DNA from: Squalus acanthias
Lineage: Eukaryota
Assembly (NCBI GenBank): GCA_030390025.1
Contig: CM059431.1
Location: 128,218,001-128,282,000, forward strand
Direction of reading: 5' to 3'
DNA length: 64,000 nucleotides
Shown: positions 37,801-49,046 of the stretch, one piece after another
How positions within the stretch are numbered: position 1 is the first letter of the stretch
Layout: each line of letters begins with the position of its first letter
The notes under the pieces: generated by a model
Told to the model about the DNA's origin: nothing
The model's database searches: none
Seen by the model: only the letters and a program-made list of their open reading frames with translations
Program-made: the position numbers and the translations under genes

Positions 37801-38136
37801 TTTTTATTATTGTTTTTTGTAACTGAGTGGCTTGCTAGGCTATTTCAGAGGGCAGTTAAGAGTCAACCACATTGCTGTGGATCTGGAGTCACATACAGGC
37901 CAGACCAGGTTAGGACGGCAGATTTCCTTCCCTAAAAGGACCTTAGTGAACCAAATGGGTTTTTACAACAATCCAATAGTTTCATGATTACCATTACTGA
38001 TACTAGTAATTATTTAATTAACTGAATTTAAATTCCCCAACTGTCATGGTGGGATTTGAACTCACGTCGCTGAGATCATTAGTCCAGGCCTTCTGAATTA
38101 CTAGCCCAGTGACATTACCACTGTGCTACCATTCCC
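34883..38136 (-). mobile_element. Full-length tRNA-headed ORF1-less LINE, copy 2
   Basis: Collinear with 4114-7397 over its whole length, including the A/B-box head. The 5' ends coincide at GGGAA(C/T)GGTAGC. Confidence 0.9.
38052..38128 (-). promoter_or_regulatory. Pol III A box + B box at LINE 5' end (copy 2)
   Basis: A box TAGCACAGTGG (38128-38118) and B box GTTCAAATCC (38061-38052). Confidence 0.75.
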
Positions 38137-38478
38137 GTAAAGGGGAACTGGTGGATTTAGTATATTTGGAATTCCAAAAGGCATTCGATAAGGTGCCACA
38201 TAAAAGGTTATTATACAAGATTAGGGCTCATCGGGTTGGAGGTAATATAGTAGCATGGATAGAGGATTGGTTAATGGACAGAAAACAGAGACTAGGGATA
38301 AACGGGTCTTTTTCAGGTTGGCAGGCTGTAACTAGTGATGTGCCACAAGGATCAGTGCTCGGTCTCTGCTATTTACAATCTATATTAATGACCTAGGTGA
38401 AGGGACCGAGTGTAATGTATCCAAGTTTGCTGATGATATAAAGCTAGGTGGGACAGTAAGCTGTGAGGAGAACACAAA

Positions 38479-38745
38479 AGGCTGGATTATGATACTGGGG
38501 CAGGTTGGGGTCGTGTCATCCTCATTTCGTATTATCCACCCGCCTGCAATTGGATGTGGGAGATTGATGCAATTTTGACTTAATTGGGCAATTGAGTTCC
38601 AGCATGTGGGAACCCATGAACCAATTAGTGGTTTCAGTCTGAAAGTTGCCTCTGATGATGTCATCATTGCAGGTCAGAGACTGCCTGGTCTCAGAGATTG
38701 CCTGGCCTTTGCTGTGAGAGGACCTGGATGCAAAATGAGCAGCAT

Positions 38746-38809
<64 letters not shown>

Positions 38810-39290
38810 GACAGAGAATTTTATTTGCAACCAAGTCCTCCCAGGCAGTCTCTGAAGACATTCAATGCAGCAGCATCAGAGGCAACTTTCAGACCTAATA
38901 CTACTACTACCTTCAACACAATACTACTACTACCTTCATCACATCTCCGTTGTAATAGTGGACCTGCAGCTGATAGTCAGCTATCCACTTGTGCTCCCGC
39001 CAGGTTTCACGGGCGTATTTCACATCAGGCGTACTTCACGTCGGAAAAGGGTTAAACTAGCTAAAACGTTTCAAAATGGCATTACAGAGCCAATTTAGGG
39101 CTTGTTAAGGGCTTTAATGGCCTCTCCCACCTCTTGGAGGCGGGACGGAGTCGGGAACCCCGCGACCGATTTTGTCAAAATTGCGTGGAGGTGGAATGGA
39201 GTCGGGATGGGGTCGGGACCCCCGAATCTGCAACTTTAACCCCCCACACGCCTCCAAAACCGACTCCACGGGTCATTGAAAATCCAGCCC
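38479..39290. mobile_element. Harbinger-like MITE with internal foldback
   Basis: TIR AGGCTGGATTAT / AAAATCCAGCCC with AAA duplicated. Confidence 0.75.
38748..38816 (+). repeat. (GA)n microsatellite
   Basis: Directly visible. Confidence 0.95.
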
Positions 39291-40377
39291 AAAGAGTTTG
39301 CAAAGGGATATAGATAAACTAAGTGAGTTTGCAGATGGAGTATAATGTAAGGAAATGTGAGGTTATTCATTTTGGTAGGAAGAATAGGAAAACATAATAT
39401 TTTTTAAATGGTGAGAAACTTTCCAATGTTGATGTTCAGAGAGATTTGGGTGTCCTCATGCAAGAAACACAGAAAGCTAGCATGCAGGTATAGCAAGCAA
39501 TAAGGAAGGCAAATGGCATGATGGCCTTTTTTGCAAAGGGGTTGGAGTATAAGAGTAAGGAAGTCTTGCTACAATTGTACAGGGCCTTGGTGAGACCACA
39601 CCTGGAGTACTGTGCACAGTTTTGGTCTCCTTATCTAAGGAAGGATATACTTGCCTTGGAGCCGGTGCAACGAAGGTTCACTAGATTGATTTCTGGGCTA
39701 AGAGGGCTGTCCTATGATGAGAGATTGTGTAGAATGGCCTATACACTCTGGAGTTTAGAGGAATGAGAGGTGATCTCATTGAAACATACAAGATTCTGAA
39801 GGGGATTGACAGGGTAGATGCTGAAAGGTTGTTTCCCCTGGCTGGAGTGTCTAGAATTAGGGGGCATAGTCTCAGGATAAGGGGTAGGCCATTTAAGACT
39901 GAGATGAGGAGGAATTCTTCACTCAGAGGGTTCTGAATCTTTGGAATTCTCTGCCCCAGAGGGCTGTGGATGCTGAGTCAGTATATTCAAGGCTGAGATA
40001 GATAGATTTTTGGACTTTAGGGGAATCAAGGGATATGGAGATCGGGCAGGAAAAAAGAGTTGAGGTCGATGATCAGCCATGATCTTATTGAATGGTAGAG
40101 CAGGCTCGAGGGGCTGTAGGCCTACTCTTGCTCCTATTTCTTATGTTCTTATGTTAAGAGAATGACACTGTCATACTGCTTTGCTAGAAAAGAGAATCAG
40201 TCTATTTGATTCAAAAATTCTTCGTTGAATCCTGTGGTCTCTCGGACAGCCCAAGTTAGGAACCCACTGTATGGTCACAATCAGCTTGGGAGAACTGTCA
40301 TAGCCAGAAAAAACATCACTATTGTTTGAGATTTGATCTGAGTGGATATAAGGGGAGCTGAGTGAAGTAAAAATAAT

Positions 40378-40503
40378 AAAGAAAGACAGACTTGCATTTA
40401 TGTAGCGCCTTTCACGACTACCAGACATCCCAAAGTGCTTTATAGGCAATGAAGTACTTTTTGAAGTGTAGTCACTGTTGTAATGTAGGAAACACGGCAG
40501 CCA
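40378..40503 (-). mobile_element. 3' fragment of the Deu-type SINE
   Basis: Matches 21390-21515. Confidence 0.7.
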
Positions 40504-40740
40504 AGTAAGGGTAGAAATTGCGGAGGTGCTGGCCACAATCTTCCAATCCTCCTTAGATAGAGAGGTGATGTCAAAGGACTGGAGGGTTGCAAATTTTACA
40601 CCCTTGTTCAAAAAAGGGGAAAAGGATAAACCTGTCAATTACAGGCCAGTCAGTTTAACGTTGGTGTTGGGGGAGATTTTGAAACAATAATCCGGGAGAA
40701 AAATAACAGCCACTATGATAAGCATGGACTAATAAAGGAG

Positions 40741-41030
40741 AAAATTGAGAGGTCGCACAACACCAGGTTATAGTCCAACAGTTTTATTTGAAATCACAAG
40801 CTTTCGGAGCTATCGATTGCTCCTTCCTCAGGTGAAGTAAATTAGATACAGAATCGCCAAAGCATATATATGCTTTGGCGATTCTGTATCTAATTTACTT
40901 CACCTGAGGAAGGAGCAATCGATAGCTCCGAAAGCTTGTGATTTCAAATAAAACTGTTGGACTATAACCTGGTGTTGTGCGACCTCTCAATTTTGTCCAC
41001 CCCAGTCCAACACCGGCATCTCCGCATCAT
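40741..41030 (+). mobile_element. Penelope-like insertion forming a perfect 254-bp palindrome plus a 36-nt 3' tail
   Basis: 40741-40994 is self-complementary about 40867/40868. TSD GACTAATAAAGGAG at 40727-40740 and 41031-41044. Confidence 0.9.
40900..40941 (+). ncRNA. Minimal type I hammerhead ribozyme motif (mirror copy on minus strand at about 40794-40835)
   Basis: TCAC-CTGAGGA-A-GGAGC(aatcgata)GCTCC-GAAA-GC-TT-GTGA. This has the core boxes, stem II, a palindromic stem III (AGCT) and stem I TCAC/GTGA. Confidence 0.75.
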
Positions 41031-41451
41031 GACTAATAAAGGAGAGCCAGCATGGATTTGTTAAGGGCAAATCATGTTTGACTAACTTGACTGGGTTTTT
41101 TGATGAGGTAACAGAGAGGGTGGATGAGAGCAGTGCAGTTGATGTTGTATATATGGACTTTCAAAAGGCGTTTGATAAAGTACCACATAATAGGCTTTTT
41201 AGCAAAATTGAAGCCCATGGGATAAAAAGGACAGTAGCAGCATGGGTACAAAATTGGCTAAGCGATAGAAAAGAGAGAGTTGTGGTGAATGGCTGTTTTT
41301 TGGACTGGAGAGAGGGAGGTATACAATGGTGTTTTCCAAGGTTCAGTACCAGGACTGCTGCTGTTTTTGATATACATTACTGACTTGGACTTGGGATTAC
41401 AGGGCACAATTTTGAAATTTGCAGATGACATGAAACTTGGATGTATAGTAA

Positions 41452-41873
41452 ACATAGAAACATAGAATCTAGGAGCAGGAGTAGGCCATTCGGCCCGTCG
41501 AGCCTGCTCCGCCATTCAATACGATCATGGCTGATCATCCAAATCCAGTACCCTGTCCCTGCTTTAATCCCCACAGTACACATATCCCACCCTACCCCCG
41601 TAACCCCACGTATTTAATTCCCCCTAACATATCCCATCCTATCCCCATAACCCCACATATTTAATCCCCCCTAACACTAAGGGTCAATTTATCATAGCCA
41701 AATCAACCTAACCCACACATTTTTGGACTGTGGGAGGAAACCGGAGCACCCGGAGGAAACCCACGCAGACACGGGGAGAATGTGCAAACTCCACACAGAC
41801 AGTCACCCGAGGTCAGATTCGAACCCGGGTCTCTGGCGCTGTGAGGCACCAGTGCTAACCACTATGCCACCGT
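41452..41873 (-). mobile_element. HE1-like V-SINE (tRNA head) with CR1-derived tail
   Basis: A box TGGCATAGTGG, B box GGTTCGAATC, V-core GTGTGGAGTTTGCACATTCTCCCCGTGTCTGCGTGGGTTTCC. Confidence 0.85.
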
Positions 41874-42705
41874 GAGAAAGATAGTAATAGACTTCAAGAA
41901 GACATAGACAGGCTGGTGGAATGGGCAGACTCATGGCAGATGAAATTCTGATAGAAAGAATGAGGAGAGACCATACATACTAAATGGTACAATTTAAAAG
42001 GGGGTGCAAGAACAGAGAGATCTAGGGATGCTTGTGCACAAATCTTTGCAGGTAGAAGGACAGGTTAACAAAGCAGTTAATAAAGCATATGGGATCCTGG
42101 GCTTTATAAATAGAGACACAGGAAGTTATGCTAAACCTATATAAAACAGTAGTTCAGCCCCAGCTGGAATATTGTGTCCATTTCTGGATGCCACACTTTC
42201 GGAAGCATGTGAAGGCTTTTGGAGAGGGCACAGAAGAGATTAACTAGAATGATTCCAGGGATGAGGGTTTAAAGTTACGTGAATAGACTAGAGAAGCTGG
42301 GGTTGTTCTCCTTGGAGCAGAGAAGGCGAAGAGAAGATTTGATAGAGGTGTTTAAAATCATGAAGGATTTAGATAGAGTAAATAATGAAAAACTGTTCCC
42401 ATTGGTGGACGGGTCGATAACGAGAGGGCACAAATTTAAGGTGATTGGCAAAAGAACCAGAGGCGACATGAGGAAAATATTTTTATGCAACAAGTGGTTA
42501 GGATTTGGAATGCCCTGCTTTATAAGGTGGTGGATACAAATTCAATAGTAGTCTTCAAAAGGTAATTGGATAAATACGTGAAGGAGAAAAAATTGCAGGG
42601 ATATGGGGAAAGAGTGGGGGAGTGTGACTAACTGGATTACTCTTCGAAAGACTCATCACAGACTCGATGGGCCGAATGGCCTCCTTCAGTGCTGTACTAT
42701 TCTAT

Positions 42706-44080
42706 GGCCGCGATTTTGCCGGCGCACAGTGGGCGGGTTCAGATGCGGGTCAGGTGTTAAATTCAAAATGATTGACGGCGGGTTGGGAACCCGCCGCAAA
42801 CCTGCCTCCGGTCGGCCGCCCACAGATGCATCACGCAGGTTACCGATGCCCTCTTTGCAAAGTCCGCCAATTACATCCACTTTTCAACTGATGAAGCAAG
42901 TGTTACCGCGCGGGCACTAGCTTTGTCAATCTGGCTGGCTTTTCACGGGTGCAGGGCGTCATCGACTGCACCCATGTGGCCATCAGGGCACTCCATCACA
43001 ACCCAGCAGTATTTGTGAACCGTAAGGGCTTCCACTCCCTTAACGTGCAGCTGGTGTGTAACCACAGGAAGAGCATCATGCATGTGTGCGCAAAGTACTC
43101 TGGCAGCTGCCATGACTCTTACATCCTGCGCCAGTCCACTGTGCCTCAGCTCTTCGCACCACCAAACGACCTTTCCGGATGGCTCCTTGGAGACAAGGGC
43201 TATCCCCTGAAGATGTGGCTTATGATGCTGATGAGGAGGCCATCAAACGAGTCTGAGGAGTGCTACAATCAGAGCCACATTTCCACCAGAAGTGTCATAG
43301 AGCAAACAATAGGGTTGCTCAAAATGCGCTTCAGATGCCTGGACAGATCTGGTGGAGCCCTAGAGTACGCAACAGCCAGGATCTCGAGAATTATCGTGGT
43401 CTGCTGTGCCCTGCACAACATTGCACTGCAATGAGGATTAGCGTTGCCTGAGGAACAGGTGGCAGAGTGCACAGCCTCTTCAGAGGAGGAGGAGGAGGAG
43501 GAGGACGAAAGAATAAGGTTGCAGATGAGGAACTCCTGGAGGAGGCGGCTGACCCAGTGCGACCAGCACGCGAGCACATTGCTGCCCGTCAGGCAAGGGA
43601 TGGCCTAATCCATGCCAGATTCAACTAACTTTAGGCATCACAGACATGTGGCTGCCACATGCACATGTAGGTTGGCATGACCCCACCTCCACACCATTGA
43701 GCAGCCCTACAATGAACTGTGTATTCCTAGCACTTTCACCACTACTGCTTCAGATGAAAGGCTCCCTCACCCCTCACTGCGCCACTTCCAATTGTGAGCA
43801 CACATAGGGCAACGCATTGAAACATTCACATGACATGACTTTAATACAATAAAATAAAAGAACACAAACATTACACTGATTTATATGAAAGCACCCAAGT
43901 GACTACCCTTGTGACTATTTCTGTGTGAGCTTTTATTTTTTTGCGTGCTTCTACGTGGTGCTTCCCCTGTGGCTTTAGCAGATGCAGAGGCAGCCTGCTC
44001 AATTCCCTGCTGCACCTGCTTATACGCCTTTGGCGGTTGTCCTCTGGGTCTTGGAGCTTGTGAGAGCACCGCCAAAGACA
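42706..44080 (+). mobile_element. Internally deleted Harbinger: TIR, transposase C-terminal half, and 3' end of the opposed Myb-like gene
   Basis: TIR GGCCGCGATTTTGCC. ORF 42949-43434 has IDCTH, GSCHD, GDKGYP, IEQTIG and CCALHN. Minus-strand ATGEAPRRST C-terminus at about 43880-44080. Confidence 0.8.
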
Positions 44081-44993
44081 TGAAGAACCTGAGATAGAAT
44101 TTATGACATTGGAATTCTTTCAGAACATTTAAAGGACCAACAATTTGATTATTTTAGTTCAAACACTGATGGGACTTCAGCCCAGATACATTGCCTGAAG
44201 TCCTCCATATTCAACTTTGGTAAGGGAATAGAGTTTCCTTTTAACTCTAGCTATTTTAAAAACTGTCTGAAGAAAATGCATAAATTTACGGGTTTGGGTT
44301 TTTATTCTAGATAGTTTTTTCCAAGTTCAGCATCTCAATCCATTCTTATAGACAAGTCTTTGCTCCCTATGACTTTACCTCCTCAATATCTAAGTAATTT
44401 GTAGTGTGTGCAAGGATTGAAAAGAAAAGCTTTGCTATTGTGCTTTGGCTTAAGTAGTATTTACAGTAGTTATAGGAGCTACTATCCTTCCTTGAAAGAT
44501 AGAAAACAAATAGTGGCACCTGCTGTGCTGAACTGTGATATAAACTAAACCTAGCACAAGGTCCCGGAATAATAACCTTTATGTGATGGTATGTTGCTGA
44601 CCATCCACAGAGTCGCTCTGATTTATCTATCTCTCTAATAGCTTCTGATGGAGTATTCAATTTGAAGAAGACAGATAGAGAAATACGTTTTTAGGAATGA
44701 CCAGGATGATGGAAATTTAAATATCTGTCTCTTGAACTCAGAAACAACTGCCAATCAAAAGGATATATAAATAAGAACCACAATATGCCTGTATTTGAAT
44801 TGAATCATTTTAATGCTCCCTTGGCTATTTGGCCAGCTATAATATTTATTTTTTGTAAGGCTTTTAACCTCATACCTAACATAACAGAAATAAAGAAGCC
44901 AATGGCATGATACATTATGAAAAAAAGATGCTTCCTTACGTCCCTGTAACATTAATTAAAGTGTCTATGAACATACCATGAACATGTATTTTA

Positions 44994-46376
44994 TAAGTCG
45001 CACAACACCAGGTTATAGTCCAACAGTTTTATTTGAAATTACGAGCTTTCGGAGCTCTGCTCCTTCGTCAGGTACAGTGAGGGAATACAAATTGATTACA
45101 AAGTATATATAGACAGAGAACAATGTGTTTGCAGAGATACAATCCGTCAGGGAGGCATTACATCAAAGACACAGCAGAGTACAGCTAAGACAATGAGGTG
45201 GGTCACAGGGGGTCCAACGTGTCAAATGCTGCAGTCTGCAGTTAAGCTTTTTACTTTTAAAAAAAAACTGGAAATCACACCTGTGAACCAGACAACGATG
45301 TCGAGTTACGTTCTGTAGCATGACATGAATCCGAGATCCCGGTTGAGGCCGTCCTCATGGGTGCGACACTTGGCTATCAGTTTTTGCTCGATGATTTTGC
45401 GTTGTCGTGTGTCTCGAAGGCCGCCTTGGAGAACGCTAACCCGCAGATCCGAGGCTGAATGTCCTTGACTGCTGAAGTGTTCCCCAACTGGGAGGTAACA
45501 ATCCTGCCTGGCGATTGTTGCGCGGTGTCCGTTCATACATTGTCTCAGTGTCTGCATGGTCTCACCGATGTACCATGCCGCGATGCATTCTTTCCTGCAA
45601 CATATGAGGTAGACAATGTTGGCCAAGTCACGTGAGTATGTGCTAGGTTTAGTTTATATCACAGTTCAGCACAGCAGGTGCCACTATTTGTTTTCTATCT
45701 TTCAAGGAAGGATAGTAGCTCCTATAACTACTGTAAATACTCATACCGCGGCATGGTACATCGGCGAGACCATGCAGACACTGAGACAACGTATGAACGG
45801 ACACCGCGCAACAATCGCCAGGCAGGATTGTTACCTCCCAGTTGGGGAACACTTCAGCAGTCAAGGACATTCAGCCTCGGATCTGCGGGTTAGCGTTCTC
45901 CAAGGCGGCCTTCGAGACACACGACAACGCAAAATCATCGAGCAAAAACTGATAGCCAAGTTCTGCACCCATGAGGACAGCCTCAACCGGGATCTCGGTT
46001 TCATGTCACGCTACAGAACATGACTCAACATCGTTGTCTTGTTCACAGGTGTGATTTCCAGTTTTTAAAAAAAAGTAAAAAGCTTAACTGCAGACTGCAG
46101 CATTTGACACGTTGGACCCCCTGTGACCCACCTCATTGTCTTAGCTGTACTCTGCTGTGTCTTTGATGTAATGCCTCCCTGACGGATTGTATCTCTGCAG
46201 ACACATTGTTCTCTGTCTATATATACTTTGTAATCGATTTGTATTCCCTCACTGTACCTGACGAGGGAGCAGAGCTCCGAAAGCTCATAATTTCAAATAA
46301 AACTGTTGGACTATAACCTGGTGTTGTGCAACTTCTCATTTTTGTCCACCCCAGTCCAACACCGACATCTCCGCAT
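44994..46376. mobile_element. Penelope-like element: two long inverted arms with GIY-YIG C-terminus and hammerheads
   Basis: TSD CATGTATTTTA (44983-44993 and 46377-46387). Arms at about 44995-45580 and 45746-46335. Hammerhead cores at 45043-45071 (-) and 46258-46286 (+). Confidence 0.9.
45306..45626 (-). pseudogene. GIY-YIG endonuclease fragment of Penelope ORF (mirror copy at 45746-46023 on +)
   Basis: NIVYLICC...WYIGET..LRQ.MNGH...VGEHF...EQKLI...GLNRD. Confidence 0.85.
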
Positions 46377-46574
46377 CATGTATTTTAGAGATCACACAAA
46401 TGTGTCAACTTGGCTCAGCATATTACTATTCCTCTGACTCTGAATATTTAGGCCCACAGTAGAACGTGAGCACACAATCCGACACTTCAGGGAGTGCTGC
46501 ATGGTCGTAGGTGCCATCTTTTGGATGACAAATTAAACTGCCTGTTCATTTGGATGTAAAGATCCAATAGCAAA

Positions 46575-46870
46575 GCAGCATTTATTGCCCACCCTTAGTT
46601 GTCCTGAGAAGATGGTAGCGAGCCTCGTCTTTGAATTACTGCAGTCCTTGTGCTGATGGTGTTCCAATGATGGTGTTAGGTAAGGAATTTCAGGATTTTA
46701 ACCCAACAACAATTAAGGAACAGGGATTTATGTCCAAGTCAGGATGGTATGTGACTTGGAGGGGAACTTGAAGTTGATAGTGCTCCCATGAGACTTCTGA
46801 TCTTTTTGTTCTCGGTGGTAGATGTTGCTTGGCTGAGGGGAACTGTTGAAATAAACTTCCACCACCTTGT
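46575..46870 (-). mobile_element. Old 3' fragment of the tRNA-headed LINE family
   Basis: CAGCATTTATTGCCCACCCTTAG...GACTTGGAGGGGAACTTGAAG is homologous to 4158-4400. Confidence 0.7.
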
Positions 46871-46908
46871 TTTTAATGTTTATTTTCAATGTTACCTTGA
46901 AAGCTTTT

Positions 46909-49046
46909 GGGCTAGAAATTCGTGGCCTGAGCGCCACTCCGTAGTGCCACTAAATGATGCAAAATGCCGGCCGCTACTCTTTTACTAACAGCTGGCGGGT
47001 CTTGCAGCAGCTGCCATTTTGGTCCTCACCTTTGCGCTGCCGGCATGCTGGACAAAATGGCGGCATTGTGACGTCAATCGGCGTGCAACGCCGACTTAAA
47101 GTCACAAACGCGAAGTTCGACCCTAGCACTGAATTCAGCGCTGGGTCCTAAGCATGCCAGGTTAACCTGGTGTGCAAGCAGACTGACAGTGGCAATGTCA
47201 TCACCTCTTAAAAGGACACACATATCTTTCAGGTAAGTTTGTATTTAAGCTTTAGGACTTTTGTTTTATTTTATTACATTAGTGGCTTGCTGCAATAGAT
47301 GTTAAAAGTTTTTTAAGTGTGTAGGGAGTGCTTCTGGAGGCTTGCAAGGGCTTGGATGGTAAATGAAGGCCTTTGAGAAGACAGAAAACGCTGCAAATAC
47401 TCAGCAGGTCAGGCAACATCTGTGGAGAGAAAAACAGAGTTCACGTCTTAGGTCGAGATGATTCCTGACCAGCTGAGTATTTCCAGAATTTTATGCTGGC
47501 ATTTCAGATTTGCAGCATCCGCTCGCAGAGGGAAGAGGAAGACACAGAAGAGGAGGAAGCAGACGGGATATTCGGGATGGAATCATCCACCTGCGATCCC
47601 AGTGACCACAACCCCAATTCCCTTTTCAACATTTGTCCCACACCTTACCTTCCCTTCGTTATCTGACCATCACAGTTTCCTCTTGGCCACGATGCTGAAA
47701 TAAAAACCACCACAAAGCAAACTTTTCAATCCAACTATGTACATCTATCCATCCAATGTGACATCAAGAAATCAACTCATCACCTGTATGCATTCCCTTA
47801 GTGACTGTCTTGTGTGTGCCTTTGCCTCTCCTACTGATGTCATGCAGTGCTACCCCACTGGCTGCAGCATGGCTGGTGGAAGGCTGCTGACTTTCAGTGG
47901 GGGACACTGCAAATGGTCTTGCTGGTTAACCTTGAGGAGCTGGTGGCTGGAAGTGTCAAATCAACCTTCTTCTTCTTGCTCTTCTTCAGTCTCCTTTCCC
48001 TCTTCTTGGTCACCCACTGGCTGGGCGGGCTGCATTTTTTGGTGTGTGAAAATGAGGAAGTCACAAGGGTGGAGTTGTGCTGACGGGAGGGCGAGAAAGC
48101 ATGAGGTGCATGCCAGAAGGAGGATTAAGTATGAGGATACCAGCATCTTGTATCCTTCCAGCCCCGCTGCTGGCCAAGGGCTCAGCCATGCCCCTGCCTA
48201 AAATGGCCAACACTGTCTCTTCCAAGGGAGTGAAATGAGGTTGGGAATGGGAGGTGTGCCTCATGATTGCTACAGATTGTTGGTAGGTGAGTGATTGGGG
48301 GTCCTGCATTGAGCAGTGTGTGAGGCTAGTGGTGTAGTTGGTAGGAGACGGCTTTTGAAGATACATTCACTGACCTTGACCAGTGGTCTGAGGTCGTGAA
48401 GCTTCTTTGGGCACTGGAGCCAGGTTGTAGGGGTGACACTGCTGGCAGTGACGGCCTCGGTGATGTGGTCCCACATCCTTCTTTCTGGAGGGCCGTCTGG
48501 CCCTTGTGGGTAGCGGGCCAGTCTTGCAGTGTTGACCCCTACACAAAGCTGGAGTCTTGTGTTCGAGACCCTGGGTGCCCCTTCTCTGGCTTGCTGAGCC
48601 ATTTGTGTTAGGGCTGAAGCACGTTTCTCATTTTTTGAGGCATGGAATTGAATTCAGCTTTAAGAGCTGAATATTCACATGTGGGACTTCATTTTAATGT
48701 TTTTTTTTGAAAGGCAGAAAGGCTGAAAACTGCATTGTTTCACTGGATTTTAATTTGTATTAACTCAGTGTGCATGGCCCCTTTAATTCACAGGCCTTTT
48801 CATTGCCCACAATTCCTTGCGAGCTCCACAGCCTCACTTCCAGAGGCTATCAGAAGTTCGAACGCCGCACCTGGACAGGAACTTCGGGTCGGATGCCTCC
48901 ACTAATGCCACCAGGACGACGTTGTATGGAAATTAATTGCTGCGCCACCAATCTCCAGCCCTCCAGATGAATTTTGTCCCATTAGTGTTGCGGCCATTTT
49001 AAGCAGCCGTTAACTCCAGTTGCTGGCGAACGCGAATTTCTCCCCC
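46909..49046 (-). mobile_element. Harbinger deletion derivative retaining a decayed Myb-like gene (about 47740-48602, minus)
   Basis: TIR GGGCTAGAAATTCG / CGAATTTCTCCCCC with TTT duplicated. Peptide MWDHITEAV...WLQCPKKLHDL. Confidence 0.8.

Larger units (their letters stand above)
38138..40155 (+). mobile_element. CR1 fragment split by a MITE
   Basis: [14 protein letters not shown] through RPHLEYCAQFWSP to the tail. The sequence GAGGAGAACACAAA|GAGTTTGCAAAGG rejoins across the MITE. Confidence 0.85.
40505..42705 (+). mobile_element. Decayed CR1 fragment hosting Penelope and SINE insertions
   Basis: [14 protein letters not shown] and DLIEVFKIMK, plus a CR1-type 3' end. Confidence 0.8.

Noticed and set aside
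38698..38898. ER-repeat and LS-repeat ORFs
   Set aside because: These are translations of the (GA)n microsatellite.
44367..44660. 97-aa ORF sharing PLFVFYLSRKDSSSYNYCKY with the ORF at 45678
   Set aside because: The shared peptide only reflects the 103-bp inverted duplication. There are no protein-like features.
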